From NCBI RefSeq assembly GCF_009914755.1, contig NC_060931.1: DNA of 64,000 bases; one strand, given 5' to 3'. Source of the DNA: the human T2T-CHM13v2.0 reference genome, Homo sapiens. Below the pieces are notes generated by a model that was not told where the DNA came from, ran no database searches, and saw nothing but the letters and a program-made list of their open reading frames with translations. Made by a program: the position numbers and the translations under genes. Positions within the stretch are counted from its first letter, which is position 1. Each line of letters starts with the position of its first letter. Positions 1-13,119 of the stretch are shown in pieces.

Positions 1-231
1 ACTTCAGTTTATAACACAGATGTTAGCTAATCATGATTTTTATCTGGATCCTCCAACATCCCAAAGGAATATTTTAGAAGGGACTTTTTCTATGGTAAAA
101 TGGCAGGCCATAGGATAATTCCAGTGGGTTGGGGAAAGATATTTGGGAAGGAGATGTATTAGGAGGCTTAAATTATACCATGTGACTGGTTCTCATGGCC
201 TTCAGTGGTAACTCACAGTAACTTTACCACC

Positions 232-1095
232 TGTTATGGCTGAATTGTGCTTCCTCCCTGAAAAAAGGATATATTGAAATGCTAACTGTCAGTACCTCAG
301 AATGTGACCTTATTTGGAAATAGGGTGATAAAGTTAAAATGAGGTCATTAGGATGGGCCCTGCTATGGTTTGACTGTGTCATCTTCAAAATTTAGGTCTT
401 GAAACTTAATGGCCAATATGATGAAATTAAGAGGTGGGACCATTAAGAGGTGATTAGGCCATAATGACTCCTCCCCCAAGAACAGAATTAAATCACTATT
501 AAAGAGACTTCATGCAGCATTCAACTAGCCTGCGCTTCCACCTTCCACCGAGTGAGAGCACCACATTCCTCCCCTTCAGAGGATGCAGCATCAAGGCACC
601 ATCTTGGAAGCAGAGAGCAGCCTTCACCAGAAAACCAAACCTGGCAATGCCTTGACCTTGGACTGCCAGCCTCAAGAACCATAAGAAAGTAAATTTCTGT
701 TCTTTATAAACTACTCAGTCTCAATTACCCTGTTAGAGCAGCACAAAGTGGACTAAGATAAGCCCTATTCCAATATGACTGGTGTCTTTATAAAATGGGC
801 AAATTTGGACATATGGACAGACACACAAAGACAGAAGATGATGTAAAGACCAGAGAACATATGTGAAGATGAAAGAGTGGGTGACGCATCTGCAAGCCAA
901 AGAATGCCTAAGGCTACACGAAGCTAAGAGAGAGACATGGCACAATCCTTTCCTAGTGCCTTCAGAGGGAGAACAGCCCTATTGACACCTTCATTTCAGA
1001 TTTCTAGACTCCAGAATTGTGAAGCAACAAATTTCTGTTGTTCTAAGCCATCCATTTGTGGTTCTTTGTCACATCATTTCTGGGACTCTAATATA
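232..1095 (+). mobile_element. ERVL-MaLR solo LTR, MLT1C-like, split by a nested MST LTR at 361-760
   Basis: Starts TGTTATGGCTGAATTGTG, contains AGAATGTGACCTTATTTGGAAATAGGG, ends CTAATATA; perfect 5-bp TSD CCACC at 227-231 and 1096-1100. Confidence 0.9.
361..760 (+). mobile_element. ERVL-MaLR solo LTR, MSTD-like
   Basis: TGCTATGGTTTG start, CAAGGCACCATCTTGGAAGCAGAGAGCAGCC core, GGACTAAGATA end; TSD GGCCC (356-360) / AGCCC (761-765). Confidence 0.88.
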
Positions 1096-1125
1096 CCACC
1101 TGTTTTACCTTTTAGCCAAGGCTCT

Positions 1126-1667
1126 TGTATCAATTGTCTATTGCCCCAATAAAGCTACACAACAAACTACCACAAAATTTCAATTGCAAACAACAACAAA
1201 CACTAGTCAAACTCATCAAGTCTGTAGGATCCAGCTAATTTGAACTGAGCTCAACTAATCTTTGCTAGGCTTTCTTAAGAGGTCTCTGTCAGCTGCACAT
1301 CAATCTATCAATTGCTCCTGCCAATAATAGTGGCTTGCTCATCATGTGTTTGGGTGTTGACTGGTTCCTAGCTGATATAGGTTGGCCTTAATCAGAATGA
1401 CTGGGATGACTTGGCTTCTTTCACCTATCTCAATTTCCAGCTGGTTAGCTCAAATGTATTTCTCTCAAGGCAATAGCAGATGGCAAGAGCACAAGCAGAA
1501 ATAAACAAGTACCTTTTCAAGCCTCCATTTGCATGATGCATGCTAACGTCCAATTATTCTGAGTAAGTCATATGGCTGGGTCCCTTGTAGAGCACTATAA
1601 GATTATAGGACTATGGGTTAGAGAGGGGTATAGAATAAGGGCCCTTAATGCAATCAATCTACTATAG
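1126..1667 (-). mobile_element. Old ERVL-MaLR LTR (older MLT1 group)
   Basis: TGTAT..TCTATTGC..AACAAACTACCACAAAATTT resembles a reversed MLT1 3' end; degraded. Confidence 0.6.
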
Positions 1668-3599
1668 CTCTGATTTCCATGTAAAACTCTCAGAAATAGG
1701 GCAGTAAAGTACCCCCTGGAAAAGCCCCTAGCATTTTTTCTGTGTTTGGACAGTCTACCTTGTTCAATCACAACACAGTTATCCAGCTAGTCAATCTTCA
1801 TAGGGATTGACTCTAGGCTAAGAACTCTAGGGTATACAGAAATAAGTAAGGATTGTGTCCTACCATAAGGGAGCTTCTAATATAATAGCCATAAACCCAA
1901 AAAATGTCAGCATGATGAGGACCTTGAGAAGGGCCAAAGAGGTACCAATAAGTTGTCACAGGGTTGAGATTGCCAAATACCATGATCTGCAGAAGGGTCC
2001 AAACCCATAGTAAAATTATCAGAAGTCTAATGTGAAATGATGCAGAAAAAATGTAGACAGATTTTTTTGGTAACATTAACTCTGTCCTACTTTAAAAACT
2101 ATTGTTTATTCTGAAATCATGTCCTTCCTACCTTTGAAATTAACATACTAACTTTTATAAAGTAGAAAACAGTTTTTGTTTGTGCATTTTTAAATATCAT
2201 TCCTTGGTAAAATAAAAGTTCTCCATCCAAATCGATCCTTCCCAAATCCCCAAGTTGTTTCTTGGTTTTATCCCAATAGTCTGTGCATCACAGCTAGAGA
2301 GAAGGGAGAGAGCACTTTCAGAGGAATCATTCCACAGAAAAGGGATCATCTGAGACAGGCCTTGAAGGGTGAGCTGGATTTCAGCACATGGAAATGACTA
2401 TGAATGGGATGGAGCCTAGAAAAGGTGCAAGGTGGGGAGTAAGACTAGGTCATCTCTATTCACAGCCAGGAATAAAGTTTATCTGGGCACCCTTGAGCAA
2501 CTGAAGTTGCTGGAGGCAGGGCTCCTTGAGAGCAACAAGCATCACCTTGAGGTCCATCTTCCCTTCCTTTAGCAGGCCTGTTTTGGCCTGGCTGCAACTG
2601 ACTCCTGGAGATTGTCTCCAGCCACATATTTTGAAGGTTTCTCACCATTGCTACAGGCTATAGGACAATTTTCCTCTATTCCTGCTCCATCTACCAGTAG
2701 TGCTTACTGGAAATCAGCTTTCCATACCTTTCCTTCCAGTTGCTGCTTCTCCTACAGGAAAGTCAAGCTGATTGGATGAGACCAAAGCTAATTTTTTTCT
2801 GTCCTGAACCATCTGCCCACCGGCATTCTCCAGGGTTGTCCTATTGTGAGCCACCCCAGTAGGCATCCTTGATGCAAAGACCACATTCTCATCTCAACTG
2901 AGCAAGAATAATAATAGAAATTATAATATTGCTTATTTGATATTAATTCAAAGCATAGCTACAGAACAGAGCTCTTTAAACCCAAGTCAGTCTGACTCAA
3001 AAGCTGGTGCACTCCGCCATCTCCCCATACACACACGTACATACTACGATAACCTCCTTGATGTTTTCATCGCCGCAGATACTACTGAAAAAGTAAAGTA
3101 GGCCCATCATCCTAGTTACTACCCAGCCCTAGTAGCCCAGGTTCAAACATCACTTGGGAATCACAGAATTGGATAGTTTTCTTTCAGCTAGAATTTTGAG
3201 GTTGGGCTTAGATTGGAAATCACCTCTGTTCATCTGGAGTAAGGGCTTTTAATACTTTTTAATAGTTTATACTTTGGAGCACTGTGGCTCAGAGTTACCA
3301 TCAAGGGGCCACTGCATGCAGTCCCACGGAATTTACTGGAGTTGGAGGATGGAGAATTCCATTGTCCTCATTCCACATGTGCTACCTCAGGGCCCAAACT
3401 TCAGGACAGCTCGATGAATGAAATGATGACATTTGCCAAAAACAGCAGCTATACCACACAGAACCGCTGAGCACGTGACATTGAATGGCAATGTATTGTA
3501 AGATTTTGAACACAGATCCAGGATAAGGTTAACATAATACTCCTTTTTAAAAGTCACCAAAAGAGAACGCTTTCAGTGCAAAGACTTCCATTTGCATAA

Positions 3600-3790
3600 C
3601 ACCTTACACTTCTCAGCATACTCTCACCTCATTGGATACAAACTAATCACTAGCATAACAAACTAATATCATCTCTTTTACAGAGGAGAAAGTTAGCTGC
3701 TAGTCCAAGTCAACTGATCTATGCAAAGTTATATGGCTTGTCAATAATGGATATGAGACTAGAATTCAGGACAGGTATTTTTGTGGCCAA
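3600..3790 (-). mobile_element. MIR SINE fragment
   Basis: TTTTACAGAGGAGAAA...AAAGTTATATGGC...GACTAGAATTCAGG matches the reversed MIR core. Confidence 0.6.
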
Positions 3791-4400
3791 GTCTACTCAG
3801 ATAAACACAATTAAGCTAGTTTTGTTGACTTGATTTGTTTTGTTGGCCTGTTTCATTTTGCTAGAGAATCTTGATTAACCAATTAGATTATCTGGAACTC
3901 ATGTTGCTTTGTAAATGGAATAGTTGCCTGCAGCAATCTCAGACCATGTAAGTGGGATCACTCAATTGACTTAACCAGAAAAGAGGTCTAAGCTGCATAA
4001 ATGGAAAAGAAGACATACTCAGATATTTGGACATTCCTTCAAGACTGTAGACCCTCATTACCATGAGTGTTCTGACCCAAATCAGATGGGTGCAATGCGA
4101 GGGAAGAGTTTCCCAGCCCAGTGTCATATTGAGAACTCTTGGCAACAAGCAATGCCAGAATTCTATCTAAAAGAAGTTTTGTTAGGGATGGCAGTTCCCA
4201 CTGGAAGGTGTGTGTGTGTTGCATTATATGTTTTGGATCAAAAAAATTTTTTTCTGAAGTAGCTTTCAACTAACTTTGCATAAATTGAGAAAATTTAAAT
4301 TGCACCTAAAAGAGAATATTAGAAACTATTAGAATAAGAGGAATATTAAAAAATATTAAAATATTAATGGTAGCAGTAGTTGTAGTAGTAATCATGGTAG

Positions 4401-4519
4401 TAGGGTGACCAACTTTTTCCGGTATGCACAGGACCATCTCAGTTACACAGCAGAAAGCCCCACATTTCAGGGTCTCTGTCCAACCCATCCCAGACAAGTT
4501 GGGACAGTTGATCACTCTA
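4401..4519. mobile_element. hAT-Blackjack MITE (MER81/MER94-like)
   Basis: Terminal inverted repeats TAGGGTGACCAAC ... GTTGATCACTCTA; ~119 bp. Confidence 0.8.
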
Positions 4520-5286
4520 AGTGATAGAATGATATTAATAATTGTTACTATTTTTATTTTTATTTTTATTCTTATCAGAATGGCTAGAGGGGAATCTGAC
4601 AGAATTGTATGGTACTTCAATCTCAAAGCCACCATCTTGATGTTGCCACTGACTGCCTAAATTGGGTTATTTGGTGGCAAGTTATCAGCGTCCAATGAAG
4701 CTGGTCCTCAAGGTTGTCATCCTTCCCCAGTGGCCATGTTCCTTCTCCCCATCTGGACTTTCAGCATCAATCTACTCAAGTGACCACCAAATATCGCCAA
4801 ACCCAGTTGAATGCCTCATTGGGCCTGGTCCTCTCTCAGCAACATCTGTTCCCCTCTGAGTGTAGGGAACTCTTGGGGCTATCCTGAGCAATAATCTCTA
4901 CTCTGGGTTCTTAATTCATCCCCAGGGGTCTCTCCAGGAGCTCAAGGTTTCTCTACTTGCAGATGGCCCTAAACACCTCTGGAGTTTCTGTTGTCTCGAA
5001 AAGAGCAAGAGGGACTATAAATACTATGTGTATTAGGAAGAGGAAAGCAAATGGGGTTGGGAATGCCGAAAGAGTTGGGACTGGAAATGTATTCTGAAGG
5101 TATGGTAAGGTTTAGATAGGAACAAGCAAGAGGAAATGCATTTCAAGTGGGGGAAAACACAGGAACAAAGAACTAAAGGGCATTAACAAATGTCTGGGGA
5201 CTGGGAGGCAGACATGCCTCAAGGAGAGGATGAGGGAGGTGGAGATTAATGGAGAAGGAAAGATCTATACTCTTTATTCAGTAGAC

Positions 5287-5743
5287 CAGTGTTTCTCAAA
5301 CAGGACTGATTTTTCCCTCCAGGGAACATTTGGCAATGCCCAAAAACATTTTTGGTTGTCATGACTCAGTGGGGATGTAATTTGGTCTGAATGTTTATGT
5401 CCCCCCAAAATTCTTATGTTGAAATCCTCACCTCCCTACAAGATGATGGTATTAGGAGGTGGAGGCTTTGGGGGTGATTAGGTCATGAAGGTGGAGCTCT
5501 CACAAATAAGATTAGGGCCCTTATGAAAGAGACCTGAGAGACTTCTCACTCCTTCCACCCTCTGGGGTTAGAGTTAGAAGTTGGCTGTCTGTGAGGAAGT
5601 GGGTCCTCAAGAGACACCAAATCTACTGGCACCTTGATATGGGACCTCCCAGCCTCTAGAACCATGAGAAATAAATTTCTGTTGCTTATAAACCACCCAA
5701 TCAATGACATCAATGTCAATAGCACCAAGGTTGAGAAACCTTG
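5287..5743 (+). mobile_element. MER20 hAT-Charlie MITE, interrupted by an LTR
   Basis: CAGTGTTTCTCAA...GGAACATTTGGCAATG...TTTTGGTTGTCATGAC and end AATGTCAATAGCACCAAGGTTGAGAAACCTTG; 8-bp TSD CAGTAGAC / CAATAGAC. Confidence 0.88.
5376..5705 (+). mobile_element. MLT1A-like LTR, 3'-truncated
   Basis: GGTCTGAATGTTTATGTCCCCCCAAAATTC...GATGGTATTAGGAGGTGG...GAGAAATAAATTTCTGTTG. Confidence 0.85.
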
Positions 5744-6139
5744 CAATAGACAATGGGGAGGCACAGGAGGTTTTTGAGCAGGAAAATGACAAAATGATGT
5801 CAATGCCGATAGCTTCATAAACCTGAGAGGAAATTAGCTAGCACAAGAACATCTCTCTTTATGCAATGGAGCATTTCCTAAAAAGCTTTGTGTTTTTTGT
5901 GTGTTTTTCTTTAAAAAATCAATATTTTAGAAATTCAATTTTATTTTAAATGTACTAGAGCAGCTACTAGACAAATCTAGGGATGAATACACTCCTAGAA
6001 AGTGAAGAATCTTGCCAACGCAAGCATCATTCCTGTCTCATTCTGATATATCCAAATGGCTGTACTTTAGTGTCTCTCAAAGTGGGTTACACCTAAGTCT
6101 CTTCCAGACACCGGAGGACAATGCAGGCTTCCCCCCAAA

Positions 6140-6335
6140 GAATGGAAGATGAGAAGCCAGATTCCCTGGTTCCTACCCACTGTGTGACCCAGAGCAGCTC
6201 TATATTAGATCATTAGCTGCTTCCAGGATCATCATTTCTTTTTCTCCATGATTCATTGACTCTTAAATGCAACCATTTCTTCACCCTGTCATTGTGGAGC
6301 ACATAATCCAAAATTTTATTGAAATCAAGAGATGT
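6140..6335 (-). mobile_element. Probable L3/CR1 reverse-transcriptase remnant
   Basis: Minus strand reads SLDFNKILDYVLHN, similar to the CR1 RT motif LDFSKAFDxVxH. Confidence 0.45.
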
Positions 6336-8204
6336 TTTCCTTGCTATTATATTGGGAGCAGAATACGATTCCTTTGAACACTTCCAAAGTTCATTTTTGT
6401 TTCTCAGTGACTGCTTTCAAGTTTTCAAACAAGAAAGGATTTTGTTTTTCTCTGGCTAAAGCTTATTTTTACCCAGCCTTGGTTTTCTTTCCTTTCCTTT
6501 AAAAATCCTCAGCACATCTAAGTACACTAAATATTTATGAATGTAATTTATGAGCTTTGGCCGTTTACTCCTTGCCAAAACTAAAAAGTATGTCTGTGTG
6601 TGGCCTGAAAAATCCCAGCTATGACAAAACCAAAACAGAGAAATGAGCAACTACTTCACATAAAAAAAGGGAAAAAGAGGTCAAACTTCACAAAAGTCCA
6701 GAAATTACTCACTTGACATATTCAGACTGGCACAAAGGAAAATAAATAATATTACATCTCCTCCAAGAACCTTGTCCTGTATGTCCTGCCTCAGATGTCC
6801 TGCAGTAAACATTTATTGAGAGCATCAGGAGGGAAAATGTCCCAGGCATCTGAAAGACAGAGGCCTGCAGCTTGCTGGGCAGCTAGGGCCCAGGGTGCTG
6901 CCCACCTCAGCCCTGTCCCCCAAAGCCTGTGTCAGCTGCGTATACTGAGCACTTAACTGTGCAGGAAGGGAAGTCAGCAGATCTCTAATGAATTCCTGAT
7001 CTGACTCCAATCCCTCTCTTCCTTGAACACATTTCTTTGGAGAATCAAAACCCAACATCTGGAATTTGGCTTTTCACTGTCACAGGATGTCTCCAATGCT
7101 GGCTCTTGTTTCTGGAGTTACATAATTTCTCCTAAGCAGCTTTTTTCTCACTTCAAAAAGAAAGTGAGAGAGATTGCAGAGGAAATGCCTATGATATTAA
7201 AAAGTCATAAGCACTCATCTGTGATAACAAAAAAGCAGTGGTCCTGGACACACATAGGTTCTGATAGTTAACGACGAACTTGAGGGAATGAGGCCTGGTG
7301 GAACTGACCATAAATGAACAGAAATAAAGAGTGTGAGGAAAAGAGGTAAATGCCTCATGATGTGCAAACATTGTGGCAGTGGTTTAAACATCTCAGGAAG
7401 GAATTGAAGAATCATTGGTTTGATAGGCATCTGGTTAGCTCAGACCATCTCATCAAGATAATCTTATAAACCTTCAATCAACGGTTGGCTTAAAGTCTTT
7501 AAGCCTTGCCACTAGACACCTCCTGCATACTGCAGAAGGGCCACCTTGGAAGCGCATACTGCAGTGTTCAAGAAAGAACCTGAGGCAATTACAGACACCT
7601 GTCTATAGCAGCCAGACCCCAGACCAGCCCGCAGCTTTCACTGGGCAGACCTTGGCTTTTCACCCAAGATTCCACTGGCCCCACTGAGTGGAAATGAGCT
7701 TTGTAAACCACTGCTTGTTCTCTTGAAAGAGGCAGTTGACCTAATGGCTGATTATTTTCCTGAAATGGCCCCTTGAACTGGAGTTCCATTCTCCCTATTA
7801 AAGGAGAACAGGAATAAATACAATCCAAGAATCATTATAAACAGAGTTTTACTCTCCTCCTGTTGAAACTTCTACCACAGCTCTAAAGTGCCTCAGTGCA
7901 GAAGATTTAAGAAAAAAAATAGGTCCATTCTTAAATGCTCAAGGATTTTAATCTCAAAATGTATGTAAGTTCTCTGCCTAACCCAGAAATGAGAGCCAAG
8001 AGCAGCTGTGTGTGTGTGTTTGTGTGTGAGCATGAGTGGTGTTGGGTGAGTGTGATGACATTGTTGAATATTTTATCCTCTTCCAAGAAACCAGTATTGG
8101 TAAGTAGATTAGATTGAATTTCTCTGGAATCTCAAGATGTCTCTCCATTCAGAGTGCTTAAACATAAGAAAGGTTCTAAAGTTGTCATAAAGTCATCAAC
8201 TTTA

Positions 8205-8555
8205 AAACTGAACACTGTGTGCCTGGTGCTTGGGATTCAATAGTTAACAGGTATGGTCTCTCCTCAGGAAGCCTATGGTCTAACAGGAGATCTAGATGAT
8301 GAAATAGGCAATCACCATTTAGGGCAATAAGTGTCCATTCACGTCACAATGGGAAGTTTGAGACTCCCTGGAAGCATATATGAGAGTCACTTAACTCAGT
8401 CTTTGGAAGTCAAGCAAGGCATCATGGAAGAAATGACATCTAAGCTGAGATCAGAGAAGCAAGGCAAAAGTTTAAAAGAGAAAGGACAGAACATCAAGGC
8501 AGAGGCAATCTTAATTGCAAAGCCCCAGAAAGGAAAGTGCATGGCTTTTGGCTGA
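8205..8555 (-). mobile_element. L2 fragment (3' region)
   Basis: TGTGCCTGGTGCTTGGGATTCAATAGTTAACA...CTCAGGAAGCCTATGGTCTA...ATGACATCTAAGCTGAGATC. Confidence 0.7.
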
Positions 8556-8595
8556 AATGTAATTAACAGGCGATAAACAAAGACAGATTTCATAA

Positions 8596-8789
8596 AGAGG
8601 GATCAACAAACCTTTCTGTAAAGGACAGACAGTAAGTAATTTAGGATTTATGGGTCATGCACTCTGTTGCAACTATTCAATTCTGCTGCTGTAACTAGAA
8701 AGCACCCATGGACAATATGTAAATGAATGTGTTTTCATAAAACTTTATTTACAAAAACAGGTTGTAGGTCAGACCCAGCTGACATCCTG
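8596..8789 (+). mobile_element. MER58A-like hAT MITE
   Basis: CAAACCTTTCTGTAAAGGACAGACAGTAA...CTCTGTTGCAACTATTCAA...ATAAAACTTTATTTACAAAAACAGG. Confidence 0.85.
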
Positions 8790-8811
8790 ACTCTGCTGGC
8801 ACCTGAACCCT

Positions 8812-8948
8812 CACTGTTCTGTGGTCCCCAGGCCAGCAGCATCAGCATCACCTTGGCAGCTCATTAGAAAGGCAGACTCTCAGACTCTCCCTTCTGACCT
8901 ATAATCTGAATTTTACATTCGAGAGATCCCCAGGTTGACAGAGCCCTG
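8812..8948. mobile_element. MER5A hAT MITE
   Basis: GTGGTCCCCAGGCCAGCAGCATCAGCATCACC...TTAGAAAGGCAGA...AGATCCCCAGGT. Confidence 0.8.
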
Positions 8949-10361
8949 TTAAGGCATTTGGTCTCTGTCTTTGACACACTCATGTATGCATGTTTGAAAG
9001 ATCCCTGTGGCTACAGTACTGCAAGTACACAACAGTGAGCAGCTCCTGAAATTTTGTCTCCCTCGTTGCCCAACTTGCCTCCCTTATACCTGGTCCTGGT
9101 GAGGAAAATGGACAGTAGAGGGCAAGACGGCAGGATGGTTTCTCTTTTCTCCCAGCCCCTGAAAGCCCACCCCTATCCCACCTCCCTTCACAACAAAGGC
9201 TGACCTTCAAAAACTACTGGAGGTAGTACTCATTACGCTTCCCAAAGGCTAACCGACTGGGTGTATTTCTAAGTCTCACTTGAAGCCATTCTTCTAGGGA
9301 CCTCCTACCAGACCAGAGCTGGGCATCGTGTTTCTCTGCTGTCCATTAGGTCCTCCTTTGTTCCCATAGACATTCCATAGCACTCTGGGGGTCCAGTCTT
9401 CTGGGCCAGTTCCACCTCTAGAGGTATTTCTGGCCAAATGGGCTTGATGTCGGCTTCCAGACAAGCATGCAGGCAGCAGCTCTGAGCGTGAGCAGAATAA
9501 AGCCCCTTAATTAGGCAAGAGAGGGACTCAGCCAGCTGTGCACACTTGAGGGAAGACATCCATCAAAGAATGCATCTCCCTTCCCTACCTTTTATTTATG
9601 CTTTAGAAAATCCAATTAAAGCCGAGCCTGGCACTCTCCTAACTTTCAGCCATTTAACACATACAACAGAGTTGCTGGCCATGAATTTAAACACGCACAT
9701 ACACACACAGTCATGCGTGCACACAAAATAAACATGCACACATCCTGTTTCTTCCTTGTGGGCTCCCAGGACTTAGGGACTTTGGGTGTGCCTGTGGACG
9801 CTTAGCCAAAACGATGACCAAAGGTTGGTCAGAAAATGTCATTCAGCTGCTTTCGCTGGTTTCTCATGTCTTTTCCACTGCATCTGATGATTATATTTCA
9901 TCCACATGCCTTTCCTGCTCATTTGGGCTTGTCCTTGGGGATGATTCACTGAGATTATGCTGATGTGAACAAACTCTGTGAACGTTTTTCCCTGCTGTTT
10001 CACTGGTTTAAGATTAGACTGCCACTTTATAGTCCAACCTTCACTTTGCTGGCAGTACCTTGATAACGTATGGCCCCAGGAAAGACACCCTGTGGAAATT
10101 ACTGCAATTATCAGGCTTGGACAAAATGGACACTGGGAATTTCCTGGTGTGGGGCATGCTGAGCTCCTCATGTCTGTAAATGCCCCATGCCAGGTCAACT
10201 ACTCTGTCACCTGAGTGCAGGAACTCAACACACATGCACTCAGTCACCTGAGCCCCCGAGAGTACCTTCTCACATCTAGAACCCTGTAAATGCTCTTTCT
10301 GTCCTACCAGTGTATTTGGTACATGACAAAGCTTAACATTTTTTAAATGGGATAAACCCCA

Positions 10362-10612
10362 GGCATAGTGTTGGGAACTTGGATTTTAGGGTCGGCCAAC
10401 TTTAGTATGAATCCCCATTCTGCTTACTAGCTGAGTAACCTTGAACATGTGGCCTAACCTTCTCTATGACTCAGTTTCACTATATTTTAAAATGAGGATA
10501 ACGATAGTACCTGGCTCACAGGGTTATGGTGAGGGTTCTATGAGATCATGCACATGGAGGAGTTGGCAGAGTGAATGGAACATGGTAACACAAACAAATG
10601 TTAGCTATAATT
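10362..10612 (+). mobile_element. MIR, near full length
   Basis: CTTACTAGCTGAGTAACCTTGAAC...CTCAGTTTC...TAAAATGAGGATAA...AAATGTTAGCTAT. Confidence 0.85.
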
Positions 10613-10920
10613 CCCAGGGTTTATTATTGTTAAAGCCTTCCCTCCAGCTTTCGCTAATCCATGTGTGTCCCTTCTCTCAAAAGCTTTCCTAGCTAAACCC
10701 AGCCAGCCAGGACATGATTTTGGTTCTTGTTCGCCAGCACATTTAAATAGGGCTGCTAGTGGCTTTGCTTTTACTGGGTTTTCAAAAAATGTTTCCCATT
10801 TACATGTTTTATCTCCTCAAGCAAATTATAAATTTCTTAAGGGAGAGGACCTGATCTTGTTTTGCTATGACCCTCCCACACCCTAAGATATTTACCATAA
10901 TGATTACATCTTAATCATTT

Positions 10921-11126
10921 TCCCCTTATAGTATCAATGTTTATTTTAGATTTGGGGATACATGTGCAGGTTTGTTACGTGGGTATATTGCATGATGCTG
11001 AGGATTGGGGTACAAATGTTCCCATCACCCAGGTAGTGAGCATAGTACCCAACAGTTTTTCAACCCGGGCTTCTCTCCCTCCCTCCTCCTTCTTGTAGTT
11101 CCCAGTGTCTATTGTTGCCATCTTTA
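10921..11126 (-). mobile_element. Short 5'-truncated L1P (L1PA16/L1PB-like) 3' end
   Basis: TACATGTGCAGGTTTGTTAC...CCCATCACCCAGGTAGTGAGCATAGTACCC; TSD ACATCTTAATC(A)TTT at 10906-10920 and 11127-11140. Confidence 0.88.
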
Positions 11127-11284
11127 ACATCTTAATCTTTGATGAATAAATTTTATTTAAGAATATATAGCATAATGTGTATTACAAGTAACATGGATTT
11201 GGTTTGGTTTATCATCTGTGGTCCTGTGACCTGTGCACATGGAGAAGCACAGACTAAACGGAAATTTCCTTTTGTCATTAAAGT

Positions 11285-11475
11285 AGTCAGAATGCCAGCT
11301 CTGTAGCCTGACTTCCCAGTTTGAATTCAAGCTTTTCTCGTTACTAATCATGTGACTGGGGAAAGCTTCCTAACTCTCCCAGCCTTGGTTTACTTATCTG
11401 TAAAATGGGAATTTGGGTGAAGATTAAATGGGTTAGGGCAAGTTAGGTGCTCCAGAACATTGTAATTTATTATTG
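11285..11475 (+). mobile_element. MIR fragment
   Basis: TTACTAATCATGTGACTGGGGAAAG...TTATCTGTAAAATGGGA. Confidence 0.75.
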
Positions 11476-12137
11476 TTTATAAATAATTTGATATAAAATT
11501 AATACTACAAACACATTTGCAGAGAAGAATGGCATTAAATAGGGGAATAAACTATTTGATAAAAATTATACTATATTGACTTTTTAGCATAACCCATAAT
11601 CACATGCCAAATAAATTGTGTAAATGATGCAATTGTTTTTCCCTTAACAACTTTTTTTTACATAAGTATATACAATCTTTATTTTCAATAAAGAAATAAT
11701 ATGAAAAGAAGAATCACAACACCCAAAAATCCCCCCCAAAATTTAGCTTTTCTGTAAGTGTGTGGTAGTGTTTCATCATGGTTTTGATTTGCCATTTCCC
11801 TAATAATTGACGATCTTAAGCATCATTTCAGGTACTTATATGCTCTCATTGAGTTAAATACATATTCAAATAAGTTGTCCATTTTTTAGAATTATTTTTT
11901 ATTTTATTGAGTTTTGAGAGTTCTTTATATATTCTGGACACAGTTCCTTTGCTAGATATGTATTTTGCAACTATTTTCTCTCTGTGGCTTTTCACTTTCT
12001 GAACATGTTTGAAGAGCAGATTTTATTAAAAATTTTGATGATGTCCAATTAATCATTTTTAATGACTCTTCCTTGTGTACTAACAAATCTTTTCCCATCA
12101 CAGGGTCATAACATTTTCTCTTTTTTTCCTAGTAAAG

Positions 12138-12505
12138 TGTATTAGTCTATTCTCACACTGCTATAAGGATATATCTGAGACTGGATTTATGAAGAAAAGA
12201 GGTTTAATTGGCGCACAGTTCCACAGACAGTACAGAAGGCGTGGATAGGAGGCCTCAGGAAACTTACAATCACGGCGGAAGGGGAAGGGGAAGCAAGCAC
12301 GTCTTACTACGGCCAAGCAGAAGAGAGAGAGAGAGAGAGCGAAGGGGGAAGTGCTATACACTTTTAAACAACCAGATCTCACTCACTATCACGAGAACAG
12401 CAAGGAGGAAATCTGCCCCCATGATCCAGTCACTTCCCACCAGGCCCTTTCTCCAACATGTGGGGGTTACAATTCAAAATGAGACTTGGTGAGGTCACAG
12501 AGCCA
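12138..12505 (-). mobile_element. MSTA-like LTR
   Basis: TGTATTAGTC...GAGGCCTCAGGAAACTTACAATCA...ACACTTTTAAACAACCAGATCTC. Confidence 0.88.
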
Positions 12506-12546
12506 GTGGGAGTCAAGGTTTGATTTTTTTATTTTTTGGCATATAG

Positions 12547-12863
<317 letters not shown>

Positions 12864-13119
12864 GGCATATAGCTTTCAAATTGTTCCAGCAACATTTGTT
12901 GAAAACATTGTTTGTTCTCCTTTGAATTATCTTGGCATCTTTGTGGAAAATCAATTGACAATATATGTGTAGGTCTATTTTTGGACTTTCTATTCTGTTC
13001 TGTTGATTTATCCCTCTAACTTTACATTAACACCATGTCGTCATGCTCAAATAGCTTTATAGTAGACTGTATCAGATGGTGTACAACTATTATGTGTCAA
13101 TTTTTAAAAAGCTATTCTT

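Larger units (their letters stand above)
5060..5800 (-). mobile_element. L2 LINE fragment, interrupted at 5287-5743
   Basis: L2-type purine-rich sequence; ACTCTTTATTCAGTAGAC resumes after the insertion as AATGGGGAGGCACAGGAGGTTTTTGAGCAGGAAAATGAC. Confidence 0.65.
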
